From contig CAXXIN010000004.1 of NCBI GenBank assembly GCA_963665275.2, positions 64,001-128,000 of the forward strand: 64,000 nucleotides of DNA. The letters are read 5' to 3'. This DNA comes from Negativicutes bacterium (GTDB lineage: Bacteria > Bacillota > Negativicutes > UBA1444). Made by a program: the position numbers and the translations under genes. The notes under the pieces were generated by a model. It saw only the letters and a program-made list of their open reading frames with translations, ran no database searches and was not told the origin of the DNA. Shown here in pieces: positions 29,836 to 38,367 of the stretch (the first letter of the stretch is position 1; every line of letters starts with the position of its first letter).

Positions 29836-30785
29836 ACCGCCTTATGAGTATGCGCCCACCAGGCTGCCCCCACTGCGTTATCCCCGCTGAACTCAGGGGA
29901 GGGAACCCGCACGGCCGCCTGCACGCCGCCGCTCAAAAAATCGGCGACACTCGTCCGGATAAAACGATTGGCAGCAACACCGCCAACAAGCAAAACCGTT
30001 TTAACGCCAGTTTGAGCGATTGCAGCAGCCAGCGACCGGTTCAATGAATCAGCCACGCATCGCTGTACAGAGGCCGCGACCTCGGAAGGCTCCGGTGAGG
30101 AAGCGAGCCAGCGCTGAACATGGGTTTCCGGTCCGGAGAAACTGATCTGCGTTCCCGACACAGAAACAGGAGTCAGCGTCGCATTGCCTGTACAGGTTGC
30201 CGCCAGCCTTTCCAGATGAGGTCCGGCAGGAAACGGCAGTCCCATCGCCACTCCCACCCGGTCAATGAATTGTCCGGCATGCAAATCGCGGGTCCCGCCA
30301 ATGAGTTGGACCTCGAATCGGTCCGTATTTTTTCGCACGAACAAGATTTCAGTCGTTCCGCCTGAAACGTGAAGCGCTAGGAACTCAGGGTCAAACTCTC
30401 CGCCAGAGGACCACATGCCAGCCAGGATATGGTTTTCCTGGTGACTGATCTCAAGGGCAGGGCAACCCAATGCGGCGCCCAGTGTTCTGGCGCTACCGAG
30501 ACCTACAAGAAATACCGGCATGTAAGAGCCTTCGACCGGACGGGGCTTGCCTGAAGCAGCCACACAAACAATCCGGGCTTTCGGCCCTATCGACCGCCGT
30601 ATTTCTTCCATCAACACAGGCAAATTGCGCACATGTTGAAATACCATCTCAGACTGAGCCAATCCCCGTCCGCCCGGTTTTACGATCAGCGGAATCCTTG
30701 CTTCGGCAACCAGTTTCCCCTCTTTATCCAAGACCGCTGCCGAGGTTGTGTAGCAGCTGGTATCTATTCCGAGTGATAGTTCCAT
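29832..30785 (-). CDS. TsaD/Kae1-like ASKHA protein (divergent paralog)
   Basis: LGIDTSCYTTS, SHQENH, HVSGGTTE, AGQFIDR, GGVAAN, DNAVG. Confidence 0.85.
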   Translation of the reverse strand: MELSLGIDTSCYTTSAAVLDKEGKLVAEARIPLIVKPGGRGLAQSEMVFQHVRNLPVLMEEIRRSIGPKARIVCVAASGKPRPVEGSYMPVFLVGLGSARTLGAALGCPALEISHQENHILAGMWSSGGEFDPEFLALHVSGGTTEILFVRKNTDRFEVQLIGGTRDLHAGQFIDRVGVAMGLPFPAGPHLERLAATCTGNATLTPVSVSGTQISFSGPETHVQRWLASSPEPSEVAASVQRCVADSLNRSLAAAIAQTGVKTVLLVGGVAANRFIRTSVADFLSGGVQAAVRVPSPEFSGDNAVGAAWWAHTHKAV

Positions 30786-30786
30786 T

Positions 30787-31203
30787 TCACTCCGGCGCGC
30801 CCCGAACCATCGACCCCAGGATTCCATTAACGAACCGGCTTGATTCGTCAGAACCGAAATGTTTAGCCAATTCGACCGCTTCATTAACAGCCGCTCTCGG
30901 GGGGATCTGTCCGTCGCCAAATTTAATCTCAAAAACCGCCATCCGCGTGACAGCACGATCGACGCCGCCCATCCGCTCCAGCTTCCAGTCGCGGGCCAAC
31001 TCCGAAATGATCAGGTCAATTGCATCCTTGTGCTCCAACGTCCCCCTGACCACCCATTGGACATATTCATTAACGCTATCCGGGATTTCTTCTTCTTCCT
31101 GCATGGCGTATACCGCAGGAATCACTTCAGCGGGAGAGCCGCCGGTAAAATCAAGGGTGAACAAGACTTGCAGCGCAATCTCCCGGGCTTTTCTTCGACT
31201 CAT
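30787..31203 (-). CDS. nusB: Transcription antitermination factor NusB
   Basis: SRRKARE, NEAVELAK, FVNGIL. Confidence 0.95.
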   Translation of the reverse strand: MSRRKAREIALQVLFTLDFTGGSPAEVIPAVYAMQEEEEIPDSVNEYVQWVVRGTLEHKDAIDLIISELARDWKLERMGGVDRAVTRMAVFEIKFGDGQIPPRAAVNEAVELAKHFGSDESSRFVNGILGSMVRGAPE

Positions 31204-31223
31204 GATAATTTAGACGCTCCTAT

Positions 31224-31451
31224 CTATCGATGGGTTCCCGGAGGCAGTAATCTATCCAAAATCTCCATCAAATCCTCTTTATCGTCAATGCGTTTGCCGA
31301 TCACATAGCCGACCACCATGCAGAATAGTACAAACAATGCCTGAAAAAAGCCAATGGCAAGAATCAGCAGGCCCAAAACCAATCCGATGGAAGCCCCCAT
31401 GATCTTTCCACTATGGGCACGCCAGATTTCCTGCAATAAAAGTGGATCCAC
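31224..31451 (-). CDS. Small integral membrane protein DUF2273
   Basis: Two TM segments; amaP-nusB synteny. Confidence 0.85.
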   Translation of the reverse strand: MDPLLLQEIWRAHSGKIMGASIGLVLGLLILAIGFFQALFVLFCMVVGYVIGKRIDDKEDLMEILDRLLPPGTHR

Positions 31452-31469
31452 CGTCTATCCCTCCTGCCA

Positions 31470-32009
31470 TTAGTCGACGCGACTTTTGCTCTTGAATTCG
31501 TTTGAAATATCATTCACCAAAATCCGCACTTCTGACATTGTTACACCCACTGTGTTTTTCAGGTACTCCTGCGTCCGTTGTTGGATTTCAGCGGCCACCT
31601 TGGGGATGTTATATTCAGGGCCAACAACAATCCGCATATCCACTTTGACTTCTTCCGCCAACTGCCGGATATGTACTTTCGCATTCCGCACTCCCCGTGT
31701 GTGCAGGGCCGTCTTGGCAATGAGATCTTCCACTGCGCCGATCGATATTTCGACGACGCCCATATCCGTCTGGTGAACGATCTTTCGCGGTCCCCGGCGG
31801 GAACGCACCCCCGCGAGCAGCAAACGAATGCTGACCAGAAAAAAAACTCCGCCGATCAGCGCGGCTTCCCATCTTCCATAGATGAGGGAAAGACCCTGCT
31901 GCCAATAATCCTGAGGCAAAATTTTCACCGACAGCATAATGGCGATCAGTGAAAGCAACATCAGCACAATGGTGTAAATCGAGAGAATAATCCTGTCAAT
32001 AATACTCAT
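31470..32009 (-). CDS. amaP: Alkaline shock response membrane anchor AmaP
   Basis: Two TMs plus Asp23-like domain; ends SRVD. Confidence 0.88.
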   Translation of the reverse strand: MSIIDRIILSIYTIVLMLLSLIAIMLSVKILPQDYWQQGLSLIYGRWEAALIGGVFFLVSIRLLLAGVRSRRGPRKIVHQTDMGVVEISIGAVEDLIAKTALHTRGVRNAKVHIRQLAEEVKVDMRIVVGPEYNIPKVAAEIQQRTQEYLKNTVGVTMSEVRILVNDISNEFKSKSRVD

Positions 32010-32020
32010 ATGCAGTCCTC

Positions 32021-32398
32021 CTATCGCAACCGGAGTTCTTCATCTGTGTCCCCCTGTGAGAAGCCCACTCCCTGCACATGAACATTCACCTCTATGACTG
32101 ATAGGCCGGTTGCAGTCTCCACAGCATCCTTCACTTTTTCCTGAACCTGCAGCGCGACATCCGGAATACGCAGGCCGTATTCAACGATGATGAATACATC
32201 AACCGCCACTTCCCGCGCGCCGACTTGCACCTTGACCCCTTTGGAGGGGTTTTTCTTGCCCATCATTTCGGCCATGCCGCCAATGAGGCCGCTACTCATC
32301 CCGACAACGCCGGTGACATCAACTGCGGCAATCCCCGCAATAGAGGCTATGACTTCATCGGAAATACGGATACTGCCGAGATCAATCGGATTGTCCAC
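32021..32398 (-). CDS. Asp23/Gls24 family envelope stress protein
   Basis: GSIRISDEVIASIAGIAA, KGVKV, VNVHVQGV. Confidence 0.92.
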   Translation of the reverse strand: MDNPIDLGSIRISDEVIASIAGIAAVDVTGVVGMSSGLIGGMAEMMGKKNPSKGVKVQVGAREVAVDVFIIVEYGLRIPDVALQVQEKVKDAVETATGLSVIEVNVHVQGVGFSQGDTDEELRLR

Positions 32399-32449
32399 TT
32401 CGCTCCCTCCTAACGCCGAGGCCGAAAGCCTGGAATGCTCTTCGTAATT

Positions 32450-32479
32450 ATATTCAACCCTGCGTTTGAATATCCCTGC
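32450..32479 (-). promoter_or_regulatory. Sigma-H-like promoter of the asp23-amaP operon
   Basis: GCAGGG-N18-GAAT; overlaps the palindrome ATATTCAA-N8-TTGAATAT. Confidence 0.5.
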
Positions 32480-32503
32480 TATTTATACATTTCAGACATA
32501 GGT

Positions 32504-32530
32504 AAAAATCCCGTCGAAACGGGATTTTTT
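32504..32530. terminator. Intrinsic terminator after efp
   Basis: AAAAATCCCGT-CGAA-ACGGGATTTTT. Confidence 0.85.
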
Positions 32531-32563
32531 ACGACTGGCTATTCAGCCACTTTATCTATCCGT

Positions 32564-33121
32564 TTAAGCCCGCTCGATATAATCGCCGGTGCGGGTATCA
32601 ATCCGCAGGACATCGCCAATGTTGATGAAGAAGGGAACTTTGACCACATGCCCTGTCTCCAGCTTCGCGGGTTTATTACCCCCGGTAGCGGTATCCCCCC
32701 GAATCCCGGGATCGGTTTCGACGACTTCCAGTTCCACCGCAACAGGTAGCTCCACACCCATGATCGCACCTTGATAGAACTGAACTCCGATATTCATATT
32801 CTCCTTGAGGAACAGTTTGGCGTTGCCAAGCTGCTCTGCCGTCATCGAAGTTTGCTCGAAATTTTCATTATCCATGAAGTTATACGCGCCATCAGACTCA
32901 TAGAGGAACTGCATCTGACGATTATCCAGATGAGCCCGCGACAGTTTTTCTCCCGGATTAAAGGTTTTTTCAACCACAGAGCCAGTCCGGATGTTTTTCA
33001 TCTTGGCCCGCACGAATGCGGCGCCCTTTCCTGGCTTAACATGCTGAAAATCGATTACCTGCCAGGCATCTCCATCCATCTCCACTGTTACGCCGTTCCT
33101 AAATTCATTACTCGAAATCAT
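32564..33121 (-). CDS. efp: Elongation factor P
   Basis: [22 protein letters not shown]. Confidence 0.97.
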   Translation of the reverse strand: MISSNEFRNGVTVEMDGDAWQVIDFQHVKPGKGAAFVRAKMKNIRTGSVVEKTFNPGEKLSRAHLDNRQMQFLYESDGAYNFMDNENFEQTSMTAEQLGNAKLFLKENMNIGVQFYQGAIMGVELPVAVELEVVETDPGIRGDTATGGNKPAKLETGHVVKVPFFINIGDVLRIDTRTGDYIERA

Positions 33122-33174
33122 CTTTTACTCCACCCCTTCACTCAAATGAACCTGATTCACATTCCCGCAGCTCT

Positions 33175-34242
33175 TCAACCCAGCTCCAGTAATTCTTTGC
33201 GGGTTTGACTGAGAATTCGGCAACCGGATTCGGTCACTACCACCAAATCTTCAGTCCGTACTCCACCCCAATCCGGCAGATAAATGCCGGGTTCAACCGT
33301 TACCACCATGCCGGCCTCCAATCGGGCCTCGCCGGCAAGCATGGACAATCGTGGATTCTCGTGAATCTCCAATCCGACGCAGTGACCCAGTCCATGACCG
33401 AAATTCGCGCCGAATCCAGCAGCGGTGATTATATCCCGTGCGGCTTTGTCAACATCCCGGCATAATGCGCCGGGACGAACGGCCGCCAGACCCGCCAGTT
33501 GAGCCGACAATACGGTATCATATACTTCTCGGTGGCGCGATGAAGCCTTACCGAGGCATACCGTACGAGTAATGTCCGAATGATATCCTTCAACCACCGC
33601 GCCAAAATCGAATACTACGAAATCGCCTGGCGCCAGAACCCTTGCCGAAGCTCGCCCGTGAGGAAGCGCCGAGCGCGGTCCGCTGGCCACGATGGTATCA
33701 AAAGCGGTACGCTCTGATCCCAGAAGGCGCATCTCATATTCAAGCGCAGCAGCGAGACCCTGTTCAGTGACTCCGGGGCAGATCAGCGGCAGAAGCTTGG
33801 CATACGCCGCATCGGCTATCGCTGCGGCAGCGGCAATCTTTTCAATCTCGGTCGCAGTTTTCACGGACCGCAGACTATCCAGCTGAACTGGAATCCATTT
33901 TTCCGCAGGAATTTTCCCTGTCAGTCGACTAAACTCAGCAACTGTCATGACCTCATTTTCAAAGCCAATGCTACCCAGTCCCGACTGCCTCAAAAATTCG
34001 ATTGCCGCGTCCAAAGGATTGCCTGAACTGCAAACGGTTTCAAAGTCCGGGGCGGTTTGCGCCGCCTGTTCAACATAACGGAAATCCACGAAGTTTTTTC
34101 GCTGCGTTGCCGTCAGAACAAGAACTCCGGCTGAACCTGCAAACCCGCTGAAATATCGTATATTAGTCCGATTGGAGATCAGGAGTGCGTCTAGGTTTTG
34201 CTCCTGCATCCACGACTTCAGTTTACCATACTGCGCTATCAC
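33175..34242 (-). CDS. Xaa-Pro aminopeptidase (M24, YqhT/PapA-like)
   Basis: SALPHG, DFGA..YHSDITRT, HGLGH, VEPGIY, RTED. Confidence 0.93.
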   Translation of the reverse strand: MIAQYGKLKSWMQEQNLDALLISNRTNIRYFSGFAGSAGVLVLTATQRKNFVDFRYVEQAAQTAPDFETVCSSGNPLDAAIEFLRQSGLGSIGFENEVMTVAEFSRLTGKIPAEKWIPVQLDSLRSVKTATEIEKIAAAAAIADAAYAKLLPLICPGVTEQGLAAALEYEMRLLGSERTAFDTIVASGPRSALPHGRASARVLAPGDFVVFDFGAVVEGYHSDITRTVCLGKASSRHREVYDTVLSAQLAGLAAVRPGALCRDVDKAARDIITAAGFGANFGHGLGHCVGLEIHENPRLSMLAGEARLEAGMVVTVEPGIYLPDWGGVRTEDLVVVTESGCRILSQTRKELLELG

Positions 34243-34718
34243 TCTAGTTTACGCTCCCGATTTCCCAAAATTCCGCAAGCAGCTTGTAATGCCAATATAT
34301 AGCCCTCTGCGCCGAACCCGGCAATTTGTCCGACTGTAACAGGAGCAGTGACCGAATGGTGGCGAAACTCTTCCCGACGATAGATATTGGACAGATGAAC
34401 TTCGATAGCCGGAACCGAGATCGCTGCGAGCGCATCCCTGACCGCTACGCTATAATGCGTGAAAGCTGCCGGATTGATAATGATGCAGCCGAAACGGCCT
34501 TCAGTCGCCTGAATCGCATCCACCATCACACCTTCGTGATTGGTCTGCAGGAATTCAATCCCTATCCCCAGCTCGACGGCTTTGTCTGACAACATGGCGT
34601 TCAAGTCACCAAGAGTCAGTTTGCCGTAAACGTCCGGTTCCCTTTGGCCTAACAAATTCAGGTTGGGACCGTGGATTACCAATACATTATTAATGATAGT
34701 TATCAATCCTTCGTCCAA
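34239..34718 (-). CDS. aroQ: Type II 3-dehydroquinate dehydratase (start uncertain)
   Basis: HGPNLNLLGQREPDVYG, NPAAFTHYS, EVHLSNIYRREEFRH. Confidence 0.95.
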   Translation of the reverse strand: MDEGLITIINNVLVIHGPNLNLLGQREPDVYGKLTLGDLNAMLSDKAVELGIGIEFLQTNHEGVMVDAIQATEGRFGCIIINPAAFTHYSVAVRDALAAISVPAIEVHLSNIYRREEFRHHSVTAPVTVGQIAGFGAEGYILALQAACGILGNRERKLE

Positions 34719-34796
34719 CTGTTTTCGATTTTATAATTTTATCACAAAAGCGCATGATTTGGCTACTCACCAGACCTATTGCTGCCAGAAAATCCC

Positions 34797-36017
34797 TCAG
34801 GTGCGCCTGAGACGGCGCAGCATCGAATACTCGTCGACGGGTTCGTCCAGACGCATCCACAGCAGCTGTTGTGGATGCGGGGCGCATTGCAGCGGGATAC
34901 CCGCCTGATCAGTCATATATTCGAGTTTCTGACGATAGACTGACCCGGTGGGCCTGAGGATTTCCAGAGTATCGCCGCACTGCATATGATTGCGCTGCTC
35001 CACCAGAGCTAGCTTTTCCCGTTCATTCCAGCCCCTGACCAGTCCAGCGTATTCCCAGTCCGGCAGTACCCGGACTGTATCATACTCCTGTGTGTCGCCA
35101 TCCGGTGATCCGTCGAAAAATCCGGTAGTGTAACCCCTGCTCGCGATTTTGTCGAGTTCAGGCCGCCAACCCTCCGGCAAAATAAATCCCTCGGCGCTGC
35201 CGAGCGAATCGAGCGCTTCCCGATACACCCGGATTACTGTGGCCAGGTAATGGACACTTTTCATCCGTCCCTCGATTTTGAAACTCTCGACACCGGCAGC
35301 CGATAGCGCCGGCAGCTGCTCCAGAAGACAGAGGTCGCGGGAATTCAAGATATACGTGCCCCGCTCATCTTCCTCGATCGGAAAATATTCTCCCGGCCGC
35401 TTCTCTTCCACCAGTGCATAGCGCCAACGGCAAGGTTGGGCGCATTCTCCGCGGTTTGCTTCCCGACCTGTCATATACGCGCTCATCAGGCATCGACCCG
35501 AGTATGACACACACATGGCTCCATGGACAAAGCACTCCAGTTCCAATGAGGTTTTGGCCCTGATCTCCCGGATTTCCTGCAGCGACAGCTCACGCGCCAA
35601 GACGACCCGTTCGGCTCCCTGCTCCTGCCAGAACAGCGCAGACTGCCAATTCGTCGTATTAGCCTGCGTACTGATATGGACAGGCATCGCCGGGATCACT
35701 TCCCTCGCCGTGCGAAACACGCCGGGATCCGCCACCAGGATGGCATCGCAGCCGACCTCGCCAAGCAGTTTCAGATAAGCGGGCAGCGCTTCCATATCGG
35801 CATTGTGAGGAAACATATTCACCGTCACATAAACTTTACGCCCCCGTTCGTGCGCGTAACGGCAAGCTTCATGCAGTTCTTCCGGCGAAAAGTTTTCCGA
35901 AAAAGCCCGCAAGCCAAAATTTTTGCCGCCTAAATAGACGGCATCAGCTCCATAGGCCAGTGCTATTTTCAACCGTTCCATGTCGCCCGCAGGCGCCAAT
36001 AACTCTGGCAATTTCAA
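34797..36017 (-). CDS. Peptidase U32 family (TrhP-like tRNA hydroxylation protein)
   Basis: ELLAPAG, FVHGAMCVSYSGRC, NRGECAQPCR, KIEGRMK. Confidence 0.9.
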   Translation of the reverse strand: MKLPELLAPAGDMERLKIALAYGADAVYLGGKNFGLRAFSENFSPEELHEACRYAHERGRKVYVTVNMFPHNADMEALPAYLKLLGEVGCDAILVADPGVFRTAREVIPAMPVHISTQANTTNWQSALFWQEQGAERVVLARELSLQEIREIRAKTSLELECFVHGAMCVSYSGRCLMSAYMTGREANRGECAQPCRWRYALVEEKRPGEYFPIEEDERGTYILNSRDLCLLEQLPALSAAGVESFKIEGRMKSVHYLATVIRVYREALDSLGSAEGFILPEGWRPELDKIASRGYTTGFFDGSPDGDTQEYDTVRVLPDWEYAGLVRGWNEREKLALVEQRNHMQCGDTLEILRPTGSVYRQKLEYMTDQAGIPLQCAPHPQQLLWMRLDEPVDEYSMLRRLRRT

Positions 36018-36026
36018 TTAAATTCC

Positions 36027-37097
36027 TCATTTCCCAATTTGTCCGATCGCCGCTTCATGCTCAGCCAACGTCCGGCTGAAACGGTGTCCGCCAGTTTTGC
36101 CGTCCACCACAAAATAGAGCCAATCTCCCTGCGCCGGATTCAAAGCCGCCTGAATGGAGGGAAGACCCGGATTAGCTACCGGACCGGGCGGCATCCCCTG
36201 ATTCAGATATGAATTATACGGGGAAGGAATCTGCGTGTCGGCAATCGTCAGTTCTTCTTTCGCATAGCCCAGTATATACTGGATCGTTGCACAAGATTGC
36301 AACGGCATTTCCAATTGGATTCGATTCAAAAAAACCCGGGCGACCATGGGCCGTTCCTTGGCCAACTGTACTTCCCGTTCGATCAGCGATGCCAGAACAA
36401 TCACTTCATACGGGGACATTCCGACTCTGCGAGCCTTTTCCTGCATTTCCGGCGTGAATTGTTTTGCGAACTGCCCAGCCATGGTTTGCAGGATCTCTTC
36501 TTCGCTGGCCCCTTTGTTGATCCGATAAGTGTCGGGGAACAAGAATCCCTCGGCCCGATACTTCACCTCTGGGCGAGATGGCTCCTTGTCAAAAGGAGCA
36601 TAGGTTTTGGCCAGTTCCAAAAACCGATCCTTGCGGGCCAGGCCTTTTTCTTCCAGCAGGGAAGCGATCTGCTCCACCGTAAATCCTTCGGGAACGGTGA
36701 ACTGGGCATAGACGGTTTTACCTGTCGCCATGATTTCGATCATCTGGCTGACATCCATATTTCGTGACAACGAATACTCGCCGGCCTGCAGCGATTTATC
36801 CAGACCAGCGCGTTTTGCCGCGATCAGAAATGCATTTTTGTCGCGAATCAAGCTGCGTTCCGTCAAAACTTCAGCAATATCACCCGTCGTCATACCGGGT
36901 TTCACTTTTACAACAATCGGTTTCGTATCCCTGGATTCAACAGAAACCAGCTGGCTGGAATACCAGTAAGAACCGGCCGCCGCCGCGACGAGTACCACGA
37001 TAGCCCCGATTATCAGTAGAAGACGCAGACTTCCGGACCCTTTGGAGTCCCAGGGCAAAGCCGCCCCAAAGAAAAAAAGAAGCCGGTTAGGCTTCAT
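36027..37097 (-). CDS. mltG: Endolytic transglycosylase MltG
   Basis: TM anchor; EGFLFPDTY, ASLIERE, SPYNSY...PPGPVANPG. Confidence 0.93.
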   Translation of the reverse strand: MKPNRLLFFFGAALPWDSKGSGSLRLLLIIGAIVVLVAAAAGSYWYSSQLVSVESRDTKPIVVKVKPGMTTGDIAEVLTERSLIRDKNAFLIAAKRAGLDKSLQAGEYSLSRNMDVSQMIEIMATGKTVYAQFTVPEGFTVEQIASLLEEKGLARKDRFLELAKTYAPFDKEPSRPEVKYRAEGFLFPDTYRINKGASEEEILQTMAGQFAKQFTPEMQEKARRVGMSPYEVIVLASLIEREVQLAKERPMVARVFLNRIQLEMPLQSCATIQYILGYAKEELTIADTQIPSPYNSYLNQGMPPGPVANPGLPSIQAALNPAQGDWLYFVVDGKTGGHRFSRTLAEHEAAIGQIGK

Positions 37098-37428
37098 AAG
37101 GTTCGGAATCCATCAGCTTCTCGTAAGCCTCACATACTTTATCGTATTCTGGATCCTCAGGATCTATGAAGACGAAGGATTGTTCGCCGTCAGCCATTAT
37201 TTCAATCCTGGCGATTTCTACTTCGCACTCATCATCGCAGCCACATGATTCATCTTCACAGCCGCAACCCTCTTCTTCACCTTCGAGCTCTTCTTCATCG
37301 CCGATGTAGACCAGAATCGCATATTTTTTCTCCCCAATATCAATGTACCGGTGGACATAATATTCGTTTCCTTCATCATCCGTAAAGATTTCGACCTCTT
37401 CGGCCTCGTCGTGTTCAAAATCAGACAT
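37087..37428 (-). CDS. DUF1292 acidic protein
   Basis: TDDEGNE, YAILV; ruvX-mltG synteny. Confidence 0.8.
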   Translation of the reverse strand: MSDFEHDEAEEVEIFTDDEGNEYYVHRYIDIGEKKYAILVYIGDEEELEGEEEGCGCEDESCGCDDECEVEIARIEIMADGEQSFVFIDPEDPEYDKVCEAYEKLMDSEPYEA

Positions 37429-37494
37429 ACTACACCTCACAAAAATAATGTGATTTAATGGTATCCTATAACTCCTACGGTGTCAATGCCGGGA

Positions 37495-37938
37495 TCAATC
37501 TCCCTGCTGAATGAGCTTTCGTTTGCGGGCGATAAAATCCATGTAACCCTGTAGAATCAGTACCGCTGCCACTTTATCCACCACTTGCCGCCGTCGGTTG
37601 CGGCTCATATCCGCATCGACCAGCATCCGCTGGGCAGCGGTAGTAGTCAGCCGCTCGTCCCAATAATCCACAGAAATCCCAGGATGGTTCACGGTAAGCC
37701 GGGTCCCGAATTCACGCACCTTGTCCGCCATGGGCCCCTGACTGCCGTTCATATTTCGCGGCAAGCCGAGCAGAAGATGGGTCACGCCATGTTCCTTCAC
37801 CAGCTCGCCGATCTGAACGAGATCCTTTTCGACTCCTTTGCTGTTCACGACACACAGCCCCTGCGCAGTCAAGAGCAATTCATCACTCAGGGCTACTCCG
37901 ATCCGCGCTTCGCCCATATCCAATGCCATGATGCGCAT
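37495..37938 (-). CDS. ruvX: YqgF/RuvX pre-16S rRNA nuclease
   Basis: MALDMGEARIGVALSD, GLPRNMNG, WDERLTT, VDKVAA. Confidence 0.94.
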   Translation of the reverse strand: MRIMALDMGEARIGVALSDELLLTAQGLCVVNSKGVEKDLVQIGELVKEHGVTHLLLGLPRNMNGSQGPMADKVREFGTRLTVNHPGISVDYWDERLTTTAAQRMLVDADMSRNRRRQVVDKVAAVLILQGYMDFIARKRKLIQQGD

Positions 37939-37949
37939 CGGCAACGTTC

Positions 37950-38276
37950 CTAACAACGGTCCTTCAAATAATAACGTACCAGTTCTTCCAGCAACTCGTC
38001 CCTCTCAATGCGGCGAATTTGGCTGCGAGCTTCCTTGTAGTTGGTGATATACGTCGGATCTCCCGATAATAAATATCCGACAAGCTGATTGATGGGATTA
38101 TAGCCTTTTTCTTTCATCGCTGCATAGGCAGCATCCAAGATTTTACCAGCTTCGGTCTTTTCCTTCTCCACAACAAACTTCATGGTTTCGTCAAAAGTTT
38201 CACCCGAAGCAGTAGTACAGGGAATTTCGTCGACTTCCAGCGGTTTGTGAATCGTTTCATCGGCTGAAAAGCTCAT
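37950..38276 (-). CDS. IreB/ReoM family phosphoprotein (UPF0297) with N-terminal extension
   Basis: [39 protein letters not shown]. Confidence 0.92.
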   Translation of the reverse strand: MSFSADETIHKPLEVDEIPCTTASGETFDETMKFVVEKEKTEAGKILDAAYAAMKEKGYNPINQLVGYLLSGDPTYITNYKEARSQIRRIERDELLEELVRYYLKDRC

Positions 38277-38322
38277 CCCAGTCATCTCCCATCATGAATC
38301 ACTATCAATAGATATAAAGATA

Positions 38323-38351
38323 GTATTCGACTTTCAGGAACCATTTCCTGC
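38323..38351 (-). promoter_or_regulatory. Sigma-H-like promoter of ireB
   Basis: GCAGGAAAT-N11-GTCGAATA (AGGA-N17-GAAT). Confidence 0.6.
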
Positions 38352-38367
38352 CGTCTGAACTATTTCT

